Source: Octopus vulgaris
Lineage: Eukaryota
Length of the DNA: 64,000 nt
Direction of reading: 5' to 3'
Assembly: GCA_951406725.2 (NCBI GenBank)
Contig: OX597814.1
Span: forward strand, 131,564,001 to 131,628,000
Under the pieces are notes generated by a model. It searched no databases. It had not been told where the DNA came from and saw only the letters and a list, made by a program, of their open reading frames with translations. The position numbers and the translations under genes are program-made. Of the stretch, positions 13,516 to 26,645 are shown piece after piece (within the stretch, counting starts at the first letter, position 1; the number at the start of each line of letters is the position of its first letter).

Positions 13516-15305
13516 TTACATATATATACATACATATATATATATATTTCAGTATCCAATTAGAGTATTGCACTTTCAGAATGTTTCATTAACTTTTATA
13601 ACTATTTCCATAGTAATGTCTTGGTTTAGAAGTTTTAGTGCTCATACTGGTATTAATTGTTGATGTTGTTGTTGCTGTGATTTAGTCCTTAGGTCGAACC
13701 TGATCAAACAGACCTGATGATCCAAGGTAATCCAACCTGGATCATCCCATTGTTTTAGATGATATGGGGGGGAGGGTCTATGTTATGTAATGTCTATTTC
13801 CCCCTTATCTAAAACATTAATGTTTGGTTGGAGGGATAGCTGGCTACTCTTGCTGGTATGTTGAGTAGCCACATCAGAGCTCCCTCACTAGCTTATGCTG
13901 GTAGTGATGGTCATTATGATTGCTGCTGTTGTTGTTGTTGTTGTTAGGCTCTCTCTCTGTCATAACAGGCAATGGGCAGGGATAAAAATACGTGTCTTAT
14001 GTCAGAAAAAAAAAAACCCTCATTAATTCACAGTGCTTCCTGTGGACATTTCCTTTCCTTGATATCTAGTTCTGCAAATAAAGGCAGTATTCAGTTTTGG
14101 TAGCATGACTTATATTACCAATCATCATTGGCATTCTTAGCATTCTCCTTTCCTTTTCCCTAACTCCAGTCTTCTGTGCTACTTCCCTGAGGTTTCCAGA
14201 TCAAACACAGGTCTTTACGTTATGTCAGTATTAACTGTGTTTTTCTTTTTTTTTACTACTATTAGTAATAACTAGTTGTGGTAGTTCATTAACATAATAG
14301 TATTAGTATTAGTAGTATTAATACTTAACTAGTGCCATAAACAATGCTTCAACTTCAGTGCATACATATACATTTAATTACACACACATATATACAAATT
14401 ATAATAATCATATAAAGAATCTTGCAAACCAAATTCAAAAACGAATTATAATATACACATATATACAAATTATAATATACATATTCACACGCATCCTTAT
14501 ACATACACATTGGTTGTTTGCTTCTCTGGGATTGGTTAAATTGATGTAGACATCTCTCATGAGAGCCCGATAAGGTTTGAAAATCAATTAAGGTTTGTTC
14601 ATCATTTTTCAGTCTATGAAGAAATACTTAAAATTTGTCCTGTTTATATATTTACTATACAGGTTATGTACATAGTTATGTGAACACATGTACATATCGA
14701 TAATATTGAGAGAGAGAGAGAGAGAGAGAGAGGGAGGAAGAGAGTGATGAAAGCCTGATAGATGTTTATGCATAAATATGGTTGCATGTGTATGCTCATG
14801 TGTGTCTGTGAGTGTACGACTTCACATGCACCCACAGACGTGCATGCTGTGCAAACCACCACCCCACACACACACACTCCTTACTGATCACTGATTTTTG
14901 TGTTGAAACCTTAATCACTTGTCTCCTGTGCAATCACAGATTGTATCTATGTCAACCAAAACTTTATGTGGAAGGTTCCTTTTTGCACACAGACTCTCAG
15001 TCATCATACATACATGTACATACATGTTCACACACACACACGCGCACACAAGAGAACCATACATATGTACATATATAAAAGCTGCAATATTTATGGTTTG
15101 TTTGGGCAGTGTGGTACATTTCCAAATAATATAGACTGAGCAAGTTGTTATGGTGATCATCTGTAGCCCCACCCTCTCTCTCTCTCTCTGTGTCTCTCCT
15201 ACATATATATATATATGTAATATATATATATATATATATTCTGTTTCTGGTGAGATGTCGGATAATAAGATCTAAACTGTATATTTTGTCACTATAGGTA
15301 TTATT

Positions 15306-15616
15306 TGTGGAGGCACATTACCCAGTGGTTAGAGCAGTAGACAAGCGGTCGAGAGATCGCAGGTTTGAATCTCAGACCTGGTGATGTATGTGTGTTTATG
15401 AGCGAAACACCTAAACTCCACGCGGCTCCAGCAGAAGATAATGGCGAAACTTCTGCTGACTCTTTTGCCACAACTTTCTCTCACTCTTTCCTCCTGCATC
15501 TTGCAGCTCACCTGCGACGGACTGGCGTCCTGTCCAGGTGGGGAACCTATATGCCAAGGAAACCGAGAAACCGGCCCTAATGAGTCAGGCATGGCTCAAG
15601 AAGGAACAAACAACAA
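15306..15616 (+). mobile_element. tRNA-derived SINE with V-domain-like block (family V), 12-bp TSD
   Basis: A-box cccagtggttagagc, B-box ggtttgaatctc, V-like ctgcgacggactggcgtcctgtccagg, (CAA) tail. TSD ataggtattatt at 15294-15305 and 15617-15628. Confidence 0.85.
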
Positions 15617-15631
15617 ATAGGTATTATTGAC

Positions 15632-15676
<45 letters not shown>

Positions 15677-15677
<1 letters not shown>

Positions 15678-16053
15678 TGTATTGAAAATATGACTTATGT
15701 TCTAATTTAATATTTTTTAAAAGATTCTTCACATTTCCATATTGGACCCTTATAAAGCTCCCAAATTCATCTTCACCAATATTTCCAGCCTATCTCAGCC
15801 TGTTATTTACTATGTAGGGGTTAATTTCAGCTTCTGTACTGACATGTTTTTACAGTGGCCTTGTATGTTTTTGGCATAGAAACCCAAACCACACTACATC
15901 CTGAAGGTGAAGCTGAGATAGTCTGGAAATTTTGATGAAGATGAACTCAAGAACTCTTTTTTTTACCGAGTGGAACTATAAGAGTCTGATATGCAAATAT
16001 GAAGAAACTTCGATAAAATAAATTTAAGTTATAACAATAATTTTTCAATACAA
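15677..16053. mobile_element. Old foldback/MITE-like long inverted repeat
   Basis: Termini ttgtattgaaaa / ttttcaatacaa. Inner arms also pair: ttcatcttcacca...tttccagcctatctcagc with gctgagatagtctggaaa...gatgaagatgaa. Confidence 0.7.
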
Positions 16054-16078
16054 CCAGTTCAAAGTTGTTCACCAAGAT

Positions 16079-16119
<41 letters not shown>

Positions 16120-17380
16120 GTACAAATATGCAGTTGTATGAGTAGGTGTATATATCTGGGTATAAGCATACATATGCATTTTTTTTTCACAAAAGACGTA
16201 AATCTGCTCATACTAACTCTATAGGATAGCATCATTATCCAAATTTGTAGGGAGCTGGACATCTTCATTGTAAGTTGAGAAATTGTAAATATCTGATTGG
16301 ATAAATCCACATTGATTTAAAATATTAACTGCAGATACCTACGTGTATACACATGAAGCACTGCCCCAGTGTTCTCTTAGCCACGACGGCTAAAACTGAT
16401 TAAGGAACAGACCTAAGTACATACATACATATATAAATACTTGCATAGATACATATACATATTCAACCAAAATTTGTATATATGTTGAATGTGTTTTAAA
16501 CACTTCACGCACACATACACTTACTCACGAGTGCATACATGCATATATACTTTTGATCTGTTTTTGTGTCTCTGACACAAGAATTCCCCAATTCTTTATA
16601 ACTTTCAAAGTATTTGTCGCACTTCATTTTAATTCTCACTCATGCAACAACATTTGAACTGAGGTTGCATAACACATTGGCGCGCACATGCAACAATCCA
16701 TCCAGAATTACACGGGTATTTATTGATGTACAAGTCTTTATTTTTTTAAAACATTTTATTTCTAAATTGGTTTTTTTTTTCCTTCTTTATTTTACAAACA
16801 CTTTTGGTGTTAAATTATTTGGATATAATATTAATTTGATATAAATATCATTGCAAATCCCTCCCCCACATCTTCAGTAATATCATAAACACAATCTTAA
16901 TGATAATAATGATGTTGATGATGATGATAATAATAACAATAATAATAATAATAATTATCATCATAATCAGTGGTTTTTATGGCTGCTTTTTTTGTTCTTG
17001 CCTCTATAGTTTACATGGGTTTGTAAATCAGAAAGCTTTTACATGTTTTATGACCCCTGGTTCTTAAATACTTAGAACATCACCAATAAACTTCAAGCTC
17101 ACTTAGCCCACCCCATTCGTTTTGTGCTGTTCTAGCTACATGATATTTTTACTTGTGGTTTTCGACTGTCACTTCTTCTTCTTCGACAACGAGGCAATTT
17201 CTCTTATTAGTTTAATTTCTATTCAACTACTGTGTCAATGGTGTGATCTACACATTTAAAGTTCTCTCCGAAACAGAAGTAAGATTATTTTTTAAACCAT
17301 TTCTAATATTTTACCCTTTCTAAAAGGCAATAGATTGATCAGAATGGCTAAACGTTGGATTACTTTTTTTTGCTTTCCTT

Positions 17381-17560
17381 TACTGTTTTTACTTGCACGT
17401 GTGTTACACGTTGAATTTAGTATTAAATCCTGGTACAAATCTTTCTCCCTCCCTATTCAAACTTGATATAAACTTTGCCCCCTGTATAAGTCACACCCCA
17501 GTTTTTTTTACTTAAAATCAAGTATAAAATAGTGTGACTTACACACAAGTAAATATGGTA
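17381..17560. mobile_element. Degenerate pogo/Tigger-type MITE
   Basis: Ends tactgtttttacttg... / ...cacaagtaaatatggta; inner inverted tgtataagtcacac / gtgtgacttacaca. Confidence 0.45.
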
Positions 17561-17740
17561 GTCATATCCCATCTATGTTCTGAATGTAAATCTCATCCAT
17601 CAAGATTCCTGCCTACTTCTTCTTTGATACTCAGTCTCGGTCTCTCGGGTCAATGTCCTTTCCATGCTCTCGGGGTCAATTCACTTAAATACATTGCTTG
17701 CTCCTTAAGCTTTTTTTTTTAGCATTTTACCTTTTTTTTT

Positions 17741-18185
17741 AGGGTGGCGAGCTCATAGAAATGTTAGTATACTGGAGGAAATAGTAAGAAGCATTTCAAG
17801 GCGGCAAGCTGGCAGAAACATTAGCACGTCGGGCACAATGCTGAGTGGTATTTCGTCTGCCGCTACGTTCTGAGTTCAAATTCCGCCGAGGTCGACTTTG
17901 CCTTTCATCCTTTTGGGATCAATTAAATAAGTACCAGTTACACACTGGGGTCGATATAATTGACTTAATCCATTTGTCTGTCCTTGTTTGTCTCCTCTAT
18001 GTATAGCCCCTTGTGGGCAGTAAAGAAATAGGTAAGAAGCATTTCCTCCAGCTTTACACACTGAGGTCAACTTTGCCTTTCATCTTTCGGGGCTGATAAA
18101 ATAAGTACCAGTTGAACACTGGGGTCAATGTAATTGACTGTTTTTCTCCCCTAAAATATCAGGCCTTGTACCTGTAGTAGAAAGT
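17741..18185 (+). mobile_element. SINE family A copy (17798-18031) nested in an older family A copy
   Basis: The inner copy is flanked by a 14-bp TSD gtaagaagcatttc (17784-17797, 18032-18045). The outer copy resumes at ctccagctttacacactgaggtcaac. Confidence 0.85.
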
Positions 18186-18390
18186 AATGTTACTGCACCT
18201 TGTAAAAGTTAGTTGAATGGTAGAAACAGTAGACCTTCAGTATCTGTGTTTATTCCTCTATATTTTAAGTTCTTGACTTTACATTTCTTCCAAGTTTACT
18301 TACCAAAAACTAAAAAAAATAAATAAAAGACATCAGACTTGTTGTTTTAATTGAATGAATACTTTCCATGGAAATTTGTAACCTTGCATT

Positions 18391-18575
18391 TACTCTTTTA
18401 CTTGTTTCAGTCATTTGACTGCGGCCATGTTGGAGCAAATCAACCCCGGGACTTATTCTTTGTAAGCCCAGTACTTACTGTATCGGTCTCTTTTGCCGAA
18501 CCGTTAAGTTACGGGGATGTAAACACACCAGCATCGGTTGTCAAGCGATGTTGGGTGGGGGGGACAGACACACAA

Positions 18576-18628
<53 letters not shown>

Positions 18629-18755
18629 CATACAAATGACAGGCCTCTTTCAGTTTCCGTCTACCAAATCCACTCACAAGGCTTTGCCCAAGCTGCCACG
18701 CAGTGGGACTGAACCCAGAACCATGTGGTTGGTAAACAAGCTACTTACCACACAG
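18391..18755 (-). mobile_element. tRNA-derived CORE-type SINE (family B, resembles octopus OR SINEs)
   Basis: Reverse complement of gctgtgtggtaagtagcttg...ggttcagtcccactgcgtggcaccttgggcaag...(TA/TG)n...cagcatggccacagtcaaatgactgaaacaagtaaaagag. Confidence 0.8.
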
Positions 18756-19745
18756 TTACTCTATTATTTAGAATTTTTTTTATCTGTCTTTTAAGCTCAA
18801 ATTATTGAAATGGTAAACACAAATCCTTCATCCTATTATTCCTTTAGAGTTAATGGAGAAAAAAAAGTACCAGTAATATATCATGGGTGTAGATGATACA
18901 ACCAACTTTAACTGTGCTATCACTTAATTCAAAGAATAATTAGCATCTGTTGTAATATCAGTGTTGCAATTGATGGTGGAATGCCAGGTTTTATAAAATG
19001 TCTTAACAGTATTTAAATTTGTTAATCTGTATTCTGAGTTTGAATCCCACTAGGGAAGGACGATGTTCAGCTCTCGTACTCTACTGGGATCATTTCAGTA
19101 TCCTTCCCCTACATGAATTGACCATGTTCTAAAGAACACTCCTCCATTCACCACTCATAAAACATTATTATTGGTATTAAGTAGCGAAACTTCAGTATCG
19201 TTTGCATACTGGATAAAATGCTCAACGGCACTTCATCTGTCTTTAGGTTCAATTTTCACTGAGGTCAACTTTGTCTTTCATCCTTTCGGGGTTGACGAAA
19301 TAAATACCAATTGAGCACTGGGATCTATGTAAGTGACTCGTCCCCTGCCAAACACCTAAATTTCAGGCCTTGTGTCTATAATAGAAAAGATTATCAATTG
19401 ATCTGTAGCAAGGTCTTGTGGTAGTTGATTAGATCCCATTATATTCTGATTTCAAATCCTGCCAGAACCAACTCAGCTTTTCAAGATTCCCTTAAAATAA
19501 TACTGTACTGTCGTAAAATCCATTTTAAAAAAAAATCCAAAACCTCAAAAAAAAAAAAATGTATATTTCTATATGGACATAGAAGTCCAATAAGGTGTGC
19601 CTTACCCATGCATGCATGTGTTTTAAAGTTTGGGCAAGCTGGAGTCTACAATTGTGACATCATTTTAAAAGATAATAATCAGAATGATTATATAATATAA
19701 TAACAATTATAATAAAATAATGGTCTTTTTAAAAATCAGAATGTA

Positions 19746-19958
19746 ACCCATTTTGATACTAACCTGCCTGAGACCACCCTAATTCTACAATAGATACAAA
19801 TTTAATACTTTGAAGTGATCTAAATTGAAACATGTCAACTTTTTATGTTAGTTTATGTCCTAACCACTAACTTAATAATAACAAATGTTATTTTACTAAA
19901 TTATTCGATTGAAACAAAGGCCATGTATTTCAGTAGAAATATGATAACAAAAATTTAA
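19746..19958. mobile_element. Degenerate piggyBac-like MITE
   Basis: Begins taacccattttgatac and ends gataacaaaaatttaa (TTAA-CCC...GGG-TTAA-like ends, heavily mutated). Confidence 0.35.
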
Positions 19959-20212
19959 AGCATTTATATTTTTAAGCTATTCTAGTTTTGATTTCTTGTT
20001 GCAGAAGGCATGAAAATCTTAATATCCCTCATTTCATTTTTTGAAAAAAATCTACAAAAAAAAAAAAAAAGAAAAAAATATAAATAAGCATCATGTGTGT
20101 AGTCATATAATAAGAAAGTATTATTAGATAGTATGCCAATGAAGAAGGTCACTTGATCTGCTGAATATTATAATTAAATTCCCTCAAATCACTGTGCTGC
20201 TTTAAACAATAA

Positions 20213-20243
<31 letters not shown>

Positions 20244-21019
20244 TAGTTCTATATAGTGGTTGTATACTGTCAACTCAACGTGACAGTCCTGTAAGGGAAT
20301 TACACCAACGCCATTTAGCCCTAGGAAACATCGACGTTTCCTGTCGGCTTTGACTCATTTTCTGTGTCCTTATATTTGCAAAGGGGGAGGCAATTGACTC
20401 ATTTTCTGTGTCCTTATATTTGCAAAGGGGGAGGCAATCACCCCCGCCAGCTGGGACCTAACGGGTTTATCACAGATGGAATGCCATTAATTATAGGTTT
20501 CTTGTCTTAAGATTAAACAACGGCAAAACATCACTAATTGGAAAAGTAGAAATGAAGAACCAAATTCATTATCTTATATTATTCAGTTTCATCTTGTAAT
20601 GCTGTAAGTGTAAATCTCTTTTAGGTTGATAAATTTAAGTGTCAGTCTAGTATTAATGGAAAGAGTATTAAATCAGCTCTACAAACCTCTCTGAATTAAT
20701 AACAGTAATTATCATATACATTTTTGTCACCATCATTTTTGTGTCAGATTTGTTTTCTTCTTTTTTTTTTTTGTGCTGGCATGGGTTAGATGATTCTTAT
20801 TCTTATTGTTGCAGTTTTTCTATGACTGGATGCTCTTCCTGTCATCAGCCCTTACACATTTTTCAAGTGAAAAGTTTATTCCATTGAGTCTCATACATTA
20901 AAAGTAGTGAAGTTGCTGAACACTGGAACTTTTGTATACTGAAGAATGAAAGCAAGATTCAAACACATACACATATGCACACACAAACACACATGCATGC
21001 ATGCATGTATATATATACA

Positions 21020-21053
<34 letters not shown>

Positions 21054-21968
21054 CATGTGTGTGCGTGTGTGTTAATGTTTGTTATTAAGTTATTAAAACA
21101 ATTTTACAATAATCTGAGGGGTTACTCTATACGTTTATACAATACAGATTTATTCTTTAGAATATTGTCAACCGTGACATTCAAAGTTTCAGTCAGTTAA
21201 ACCATTATCGGACAGCCAATGATGGCTTAACTGGTCAAAATTTTGAAGTCCCTGTCAACGATATTCTTGTTTAAGAATACACACATACATACATGTAAGC
21301 TTATACATTTATCAAAATGTTAGAATTGTAAAATATATGATTCTTGTATAGTGTATGTTATATAGCATCCAAACATTATCTGATAAGCCATTCAACACTT
21401 GAGAGTAGAGAGCAAATGTATGTTTATCATATCAGAAAGTAAAAGTTTATTGTTTATTTAAGTTTCACCTGACAGCTGGTCACAACTGATGTGTTTAACT
21501 ATAGACAGAACTTGAATAAACTATTAGCTTTTGATATAATAAACAGACGTATATACATAACAGGTTCTGTAGAGTTTCTGCCTATCACTTAAATTCACTT
21601 CACAGATATTGGTTAGCCTCAGGCTATAGGACTCTAGCGCAAGGGTTTCCCCAAGATGTCATATAGTGGGACTGACCGTGAACGCACATGGTGGCGAAGT
21701 GGACTTGCTAACCACATGGGTGGTCATCTTCCATCATCAATATTCTTATTTCATCTTGTCATCCTCATCGTCTGTACACCTGATTGATATTCTGGCTCAC
21801 TCACTCCCTTTTTTTAAATGTATATTTCAGTACCAAAGACACCAGTTGTATCAATCTACATCACCATCACCACCACCACAACCATCATCATCATCATTAT
21901 CCCTTGCATTGTCCAAAGTTAGCACTAATGCTTAAGATCTAAAACATGTTCATGGTTAATAAATCTCC

Positions 21969-22008
<40 letters not shown>

Positions 22009-22222
22009 TAGGTGGCAAGCTGGCAGAATTGTTAGCATGCTGGGTGAAATGCTTAGCAGTATTTTGTCTGTTTTCGTGTTCTGAATCCAAATTCTGTCGA
22101 GGTTGACTTTGCCTTTCATCCTTTCGGTGTCGATAAAATAAGTACCTGTGAAACACTGAGGTCAATGTAATTGGTTAGTCCCCTCATCCAAAATTTCAGG
22201 CTTTGTGCATATAGTAGAAAGG
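22009..22222 (+). mobile_element. SINE family A copy between two (TTA)n arrays
   Basis: Full head, core and tail with (TTA)n on both sides. Further copies at ~19180, 43520, 52562 and 59611. Confidence 0.85.
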
Positions 22223-22291
<69 letters not shown>

Positions 22292-22970
22292 TTTATTATT
22301 GTTGTTATTATTATTAGCACACTAAACAAAATGCTTTGTGGTATTTCTTTTAGCTTGATGTTCTGACTTCAGATTCAGTCAAGGTAAATTTTACCTTTTA
22401 CCCTCTCATGTTTAATAGAATCGACTAGTGCCCCCCACTCAAAAAAAAAAAAAAGAAAAAATCAGACCTTGTACCTACAGTAGGAAGAACTATCATCATC
22501 ATCATCATCATCATCATTATCATTATCATTATCATCTCTGTGGCAGGAAGAGTTGAAATAACACACTAAATGCTTGGCAACATTTAGTTATGGTTGGTTG
22601 TTTCCAGTTGAGATTACACTGATATTTTCCCTAAAATTTTAGGCCCATGCTAAATTAGATAGGAAGGTCCTTATGAAAAGCTTTGTCCTGTATCAAGCAC
22701 CAAAGTTCTCCCAGTTTGTGAGATTGCTAGTGTGTTATGTAGATCCGGTTCTGTGGAAGCCATACCGTAGTGGTTGCTGAGAAGGAAGAGAGATGGACAG
22801 TACCTAGTCATCATAAAGATCACCATCATCATCCTCATCATCCTTGTTACCATGGTAGTTTCGGCCATTTTTTAAATTTTCATTTCTATCTGAATTCTTT
22901 TTAATGAAGAGCAGGGAGTTTAATGTGTCATGCCAAAATTATTTTCATACCCCACCCACACACACACTCA

Positions 22971-23002
<32 letters not shown>

Positions 23003-23682
23003 GCTTGTCTAGTTCACTTTTTATTCAGTGATCACTAATTTATCAATGGATTGATGGATTGAAATTAATCATTGATTCATGAAATAATCCCTTCCGTATT
23101 GATCAATTATTGATTTCCCTGCCCTGCCCCTACCCACTTCCAATTTACTATTATTATGAATTGATCAGTTTCATTAATCAATCTATTGATAGATCATTGA
23201 TTGATTGATTTGACTGAACACGAATTAATGCTGATTCATTGATCACTTTTTAATTGTATAACAATGTGATTGATCGATGATTAGTTATTAGTAGATCATT
23301 TCAAATATTAGTTGATTGATGAACTCAGTGATTGGTAATTAATTATGCTTTGATGGACTTATCTTCTCACTGATCATTGATCACTGTGAATAATTTGTTG
23401 ACTTGTCTATACATGCATACATATATATATATATATATATACACATACTCACAAGAGTATATATTTATTCATTTACATATATTTATGTATGTGTTTGTGT
23501 GTGTATATATATATATCTATAAATAAATAAATATATATATATATTTATATATCTATATCTATAAATAAATAAATAAATATATATATTTATATGTATATAT
23601 ATCTATAAATAAATATATATATATGTGTCTATAAATATTTATATATATATTATATATATATATATAAATAAATATGTATATG

Positions 23683-23713
<31 letters not shown>

Positions 23714-24353
23714 GAAATGAATGTATGTATGTTCCAAGTTGTAGGCCACAGAATTGCACCTAGGTAGCAGAAATTTTGCATAGGTGCACATCTTTTCAAG
23801 GAGAAGATTGTAAGCTATGTCAGATTTTCTGCTTCCTTTTTAGAAACCCAGCCCAGGCACTGCTGCTAATGTGCGTGTGTGTGTATGTATATATATGTTT
23901 GTGTGTGTGTGTACATATATATATATATGTATATATATATGGACAATAATATATCAAAATAGACTAAAATTCAGGGTATTTGTTTGTTAATGTTTGTGAA
24001 TAATCTTTCTCTATATTAATAAATAATTAGTTTTGTTGTTCATATTGTTGTTGCTGTTAATGTTGTTTACCAATTTTTTTGTTTTAGTTTTGTTAGTGTA
24101 TAATTGTTTTTTTTATTATCTTTTTAAAATTCATTTATTTGTTTTTTATGTTCAATACTTTCTTCATTCGTTTGCAGGTGTGCGAGTGTGTGCATGTGTG
24201 TTGTGTGTGTGAGAGTGTGTGTGTGTGTACATTACAATGATATGAAGTTATTTCTTTCTTAATAAAACAGATTAATGAGTTTCATACAACGTTTTCTGTT
24301 TGTTACTTTTTTTATTTCATGTATATTGTTGTTGTTGTTGTTATTTTCTTATA

Positions 24354-24719
24354 TCTATATATATAAAGCTGAAGTTGTCTGTGTGTGGCAGGTTTGGCAG
24401 CCTTCAACTAACACTATCTCCTCCGAGATTGAGAGTATGATAGAAGAAGGCTTGCTCTTAATTCCATAGAAGATAAAATTCAAATTGGACCATGTGAAGA
24501 CCAAAAATTATTTACATCAAAAAGGTGCTTTTTTTCTATGAAAATCCCTATTTTTTACGATTTTTTTACTGCTGTGTCGTCATTTTTCGATGTATTTCAA
24601 CCAGAAAAATGTTCACTTAAAGAGAATAACAAGCTACATAATGCAAAATTTTTACTTTTCAAAAATTCCAATTCTAAAGGGTTGAAACAAACCTGAGCAA
24701 TGCCAGGTGATACTGCTAG
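24354..24719 (+). mobile_element. Non-autonomous Helitron
   Basis: A|TCtatatatataaa...cctgagcaatgccagg (subterminal hairpin)...CTAG|T; no TSD. Confidence 0.85.
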
Positions 24720-25077
24720 TTACTGTTAAAATTCACTTGAAGAAACCAGACATCTCTCTCGAAACACTCAAGAAAAAGAAGATGAAGATGAAATTAATAA
24801 TGGTGGTGATTGTTTCTCACGTAGGTGTAAGTGACCAGGATTTTGGGCAAAGTAATCATGGTAGTAATAAAAATAATACTTTCCTTATTGGTAGCAAAAG
24901 AAAAAGAAAACATTTAGGATAATACAAAGACAGTAAGGAAATGATAACATGTGGTTGGTAAACAAGCTACTTACCACACAGCCACTCCTACGCCTGTATA
25001 AATTTCTAAAACAGAACATGAACCAATCCCATTGCTTGACTGGTAGAAAGTTGAGAGTGCCTGACGACAATAGCATT

Positions 25078-25290
25078 ACTTTCTACTATAGGCACAAGGT
25101 CTGAAATTTTTGAGGGGCATGGTAAGTCAATTTCATCAACCCCAGTGTTTCATTGGTACTTATTTTATCCCGAAAGGATGAAAGGCAAAAATGAACCTTG
25201 GCAGAATTTGAGCTCAGAACGTAAAGATGGATGAAATGCCACTAAGGATTTTGCTCAGCATGCTAACAATTCTGCCTGCTCACCGCCTTA
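25078..25290 (-). mobile_element. SINE family A copy (minus); further minus copies at ~28040-28245, 29405-29610, 30115-30316, 31700-31930
   Basis: Reverse complement of the family A consensus, each abutting (TAA)n. Confidence 0.85.
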
Positions 25291-25474
25291 ATAATAATAA
25301 TAATAATAATAATAGTAACAATAATTCAGCAAACCATAGCTCATATCCAAGGCACACAGAGCTGCACTCAGTAGTGAAGTGAAAGCACGCTATAAAAATA
25401 TAACTACTGAATGATGATAATAATAACGATAATAATAATAATAATAATAAGAAGAAGAATAGTAATAATAATTT

Positions 25475-25982
25475 AGCAAACATGATTTGCATCATGTACA
25501 TTGTTTTGTCTTGGTATAAAAAATGGGCTACGGCAAATATTCTGCTCAGTACCACAGATTTGCTTGTCAGTTGTTTGACATTAACCGGTTGAGCATGTCT
25601 CTTGGTGGCTGACAATATGCGTATCTCTGATCATGAGCAGAAGTAGTGGGGGAGCATCATAGCCATGTGTTGAGAGGGATTCTTTGGTTTTAGATAATTC
25701 ACCTTTGAAAACATGAGTGTTTCATTCAACAACCTTAGACAACCCTTATTCAGGGACCTTTTGAGCAGGATGGGGTACTCAACCAGAAGAAAATTGTAAC
25801 TGGGCCCCCACCTGCAAGGTCATGTGCTGTTTATCTTGATATGAGATCACCATGTTGTGCACATATGGTTGTGATGCATGTGCCCAGTGTACCCTTATCA
25901 GACGGGTAGTCATGATGGGTATACTGGGCTTCATATAATTTACCCCAGTGTCACTTTGATGGCATGCACTGCTCTCTCACTC
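25475..25982 (+). mobile_element. Non-coding (TAA)n-embedded element X, 5'-truncated copy 1
   Basis: Aligns with 26646-27154 and 31091-31644; ends atgcactgctctctcactc(aat)n. Confidence 0.8.
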
Positions 25983-26000
25983 AATAATAATAATAATATC

Positions 26001-26613
26001 ATATCTCTGGCTGCCCAGTTCTGGCTAAGAAGGAATATATTCACAGACATGACAGAGTTGGGACTTACATTGGAAGCTATGCCAACACTATGGAATAACA
26101 ACAGAAAAAAAAATGGTATAGGCACACACCAGAAAAGGTCACAGAAAACGAGAAAGCTCTGGGATATGCCGATACACACAGATAGAGAAAGGCCAACAGA
26201 CCAGATATAGTTGTCAGAGATCATGAAGAAAAAAAATGCTTTCTAATTGATGTATCAATACTGGCAGATGACAACGTATCTCTAAAAGAAATGGAGAAAC
26301 TTTCAAAATACAAAGACCTGGAAATAGAGGTAACCAGAATGTGGAATCTAAAAACAGAAACAATTCCTATCATAGTAGGTGCATTAGGCGACATAAAAAA
26401 ATATTCAGACAAATACATAACAAAAACACCAGGACTTACAAACACATATAACATACAGAAAATTGCACTACTAGGCACTGCACACATCCTACGCAAAACA
26501 CTTTCAATACAGTAACCATAAGAGCATCACAGCAAACCACGTCACATACCCAAGGCGCACAGAGCTGCACTCAGTAGTGAAGTGAAAGCACACTATAAAA
26601 ATGATAACTACTG
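26001..26613 (+). mobile_element. R4/Dong-like RLE non-LTR retrotransposon 3' fragment (family alpha)
   Basis: ISGCPVLAKKEYIHRHD...LWDMPIHTD..RPDIVVRD...LIDVSI...EKLSKYKDL...PIIVGALG, then 3'UTR and (AAT)n. A 3'UTR-only copy lies at 25325-25410. Confidence 0.85.
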
Positions 26614-26645
26614 AATGATGATGATAATAATAATAATAATGATAC

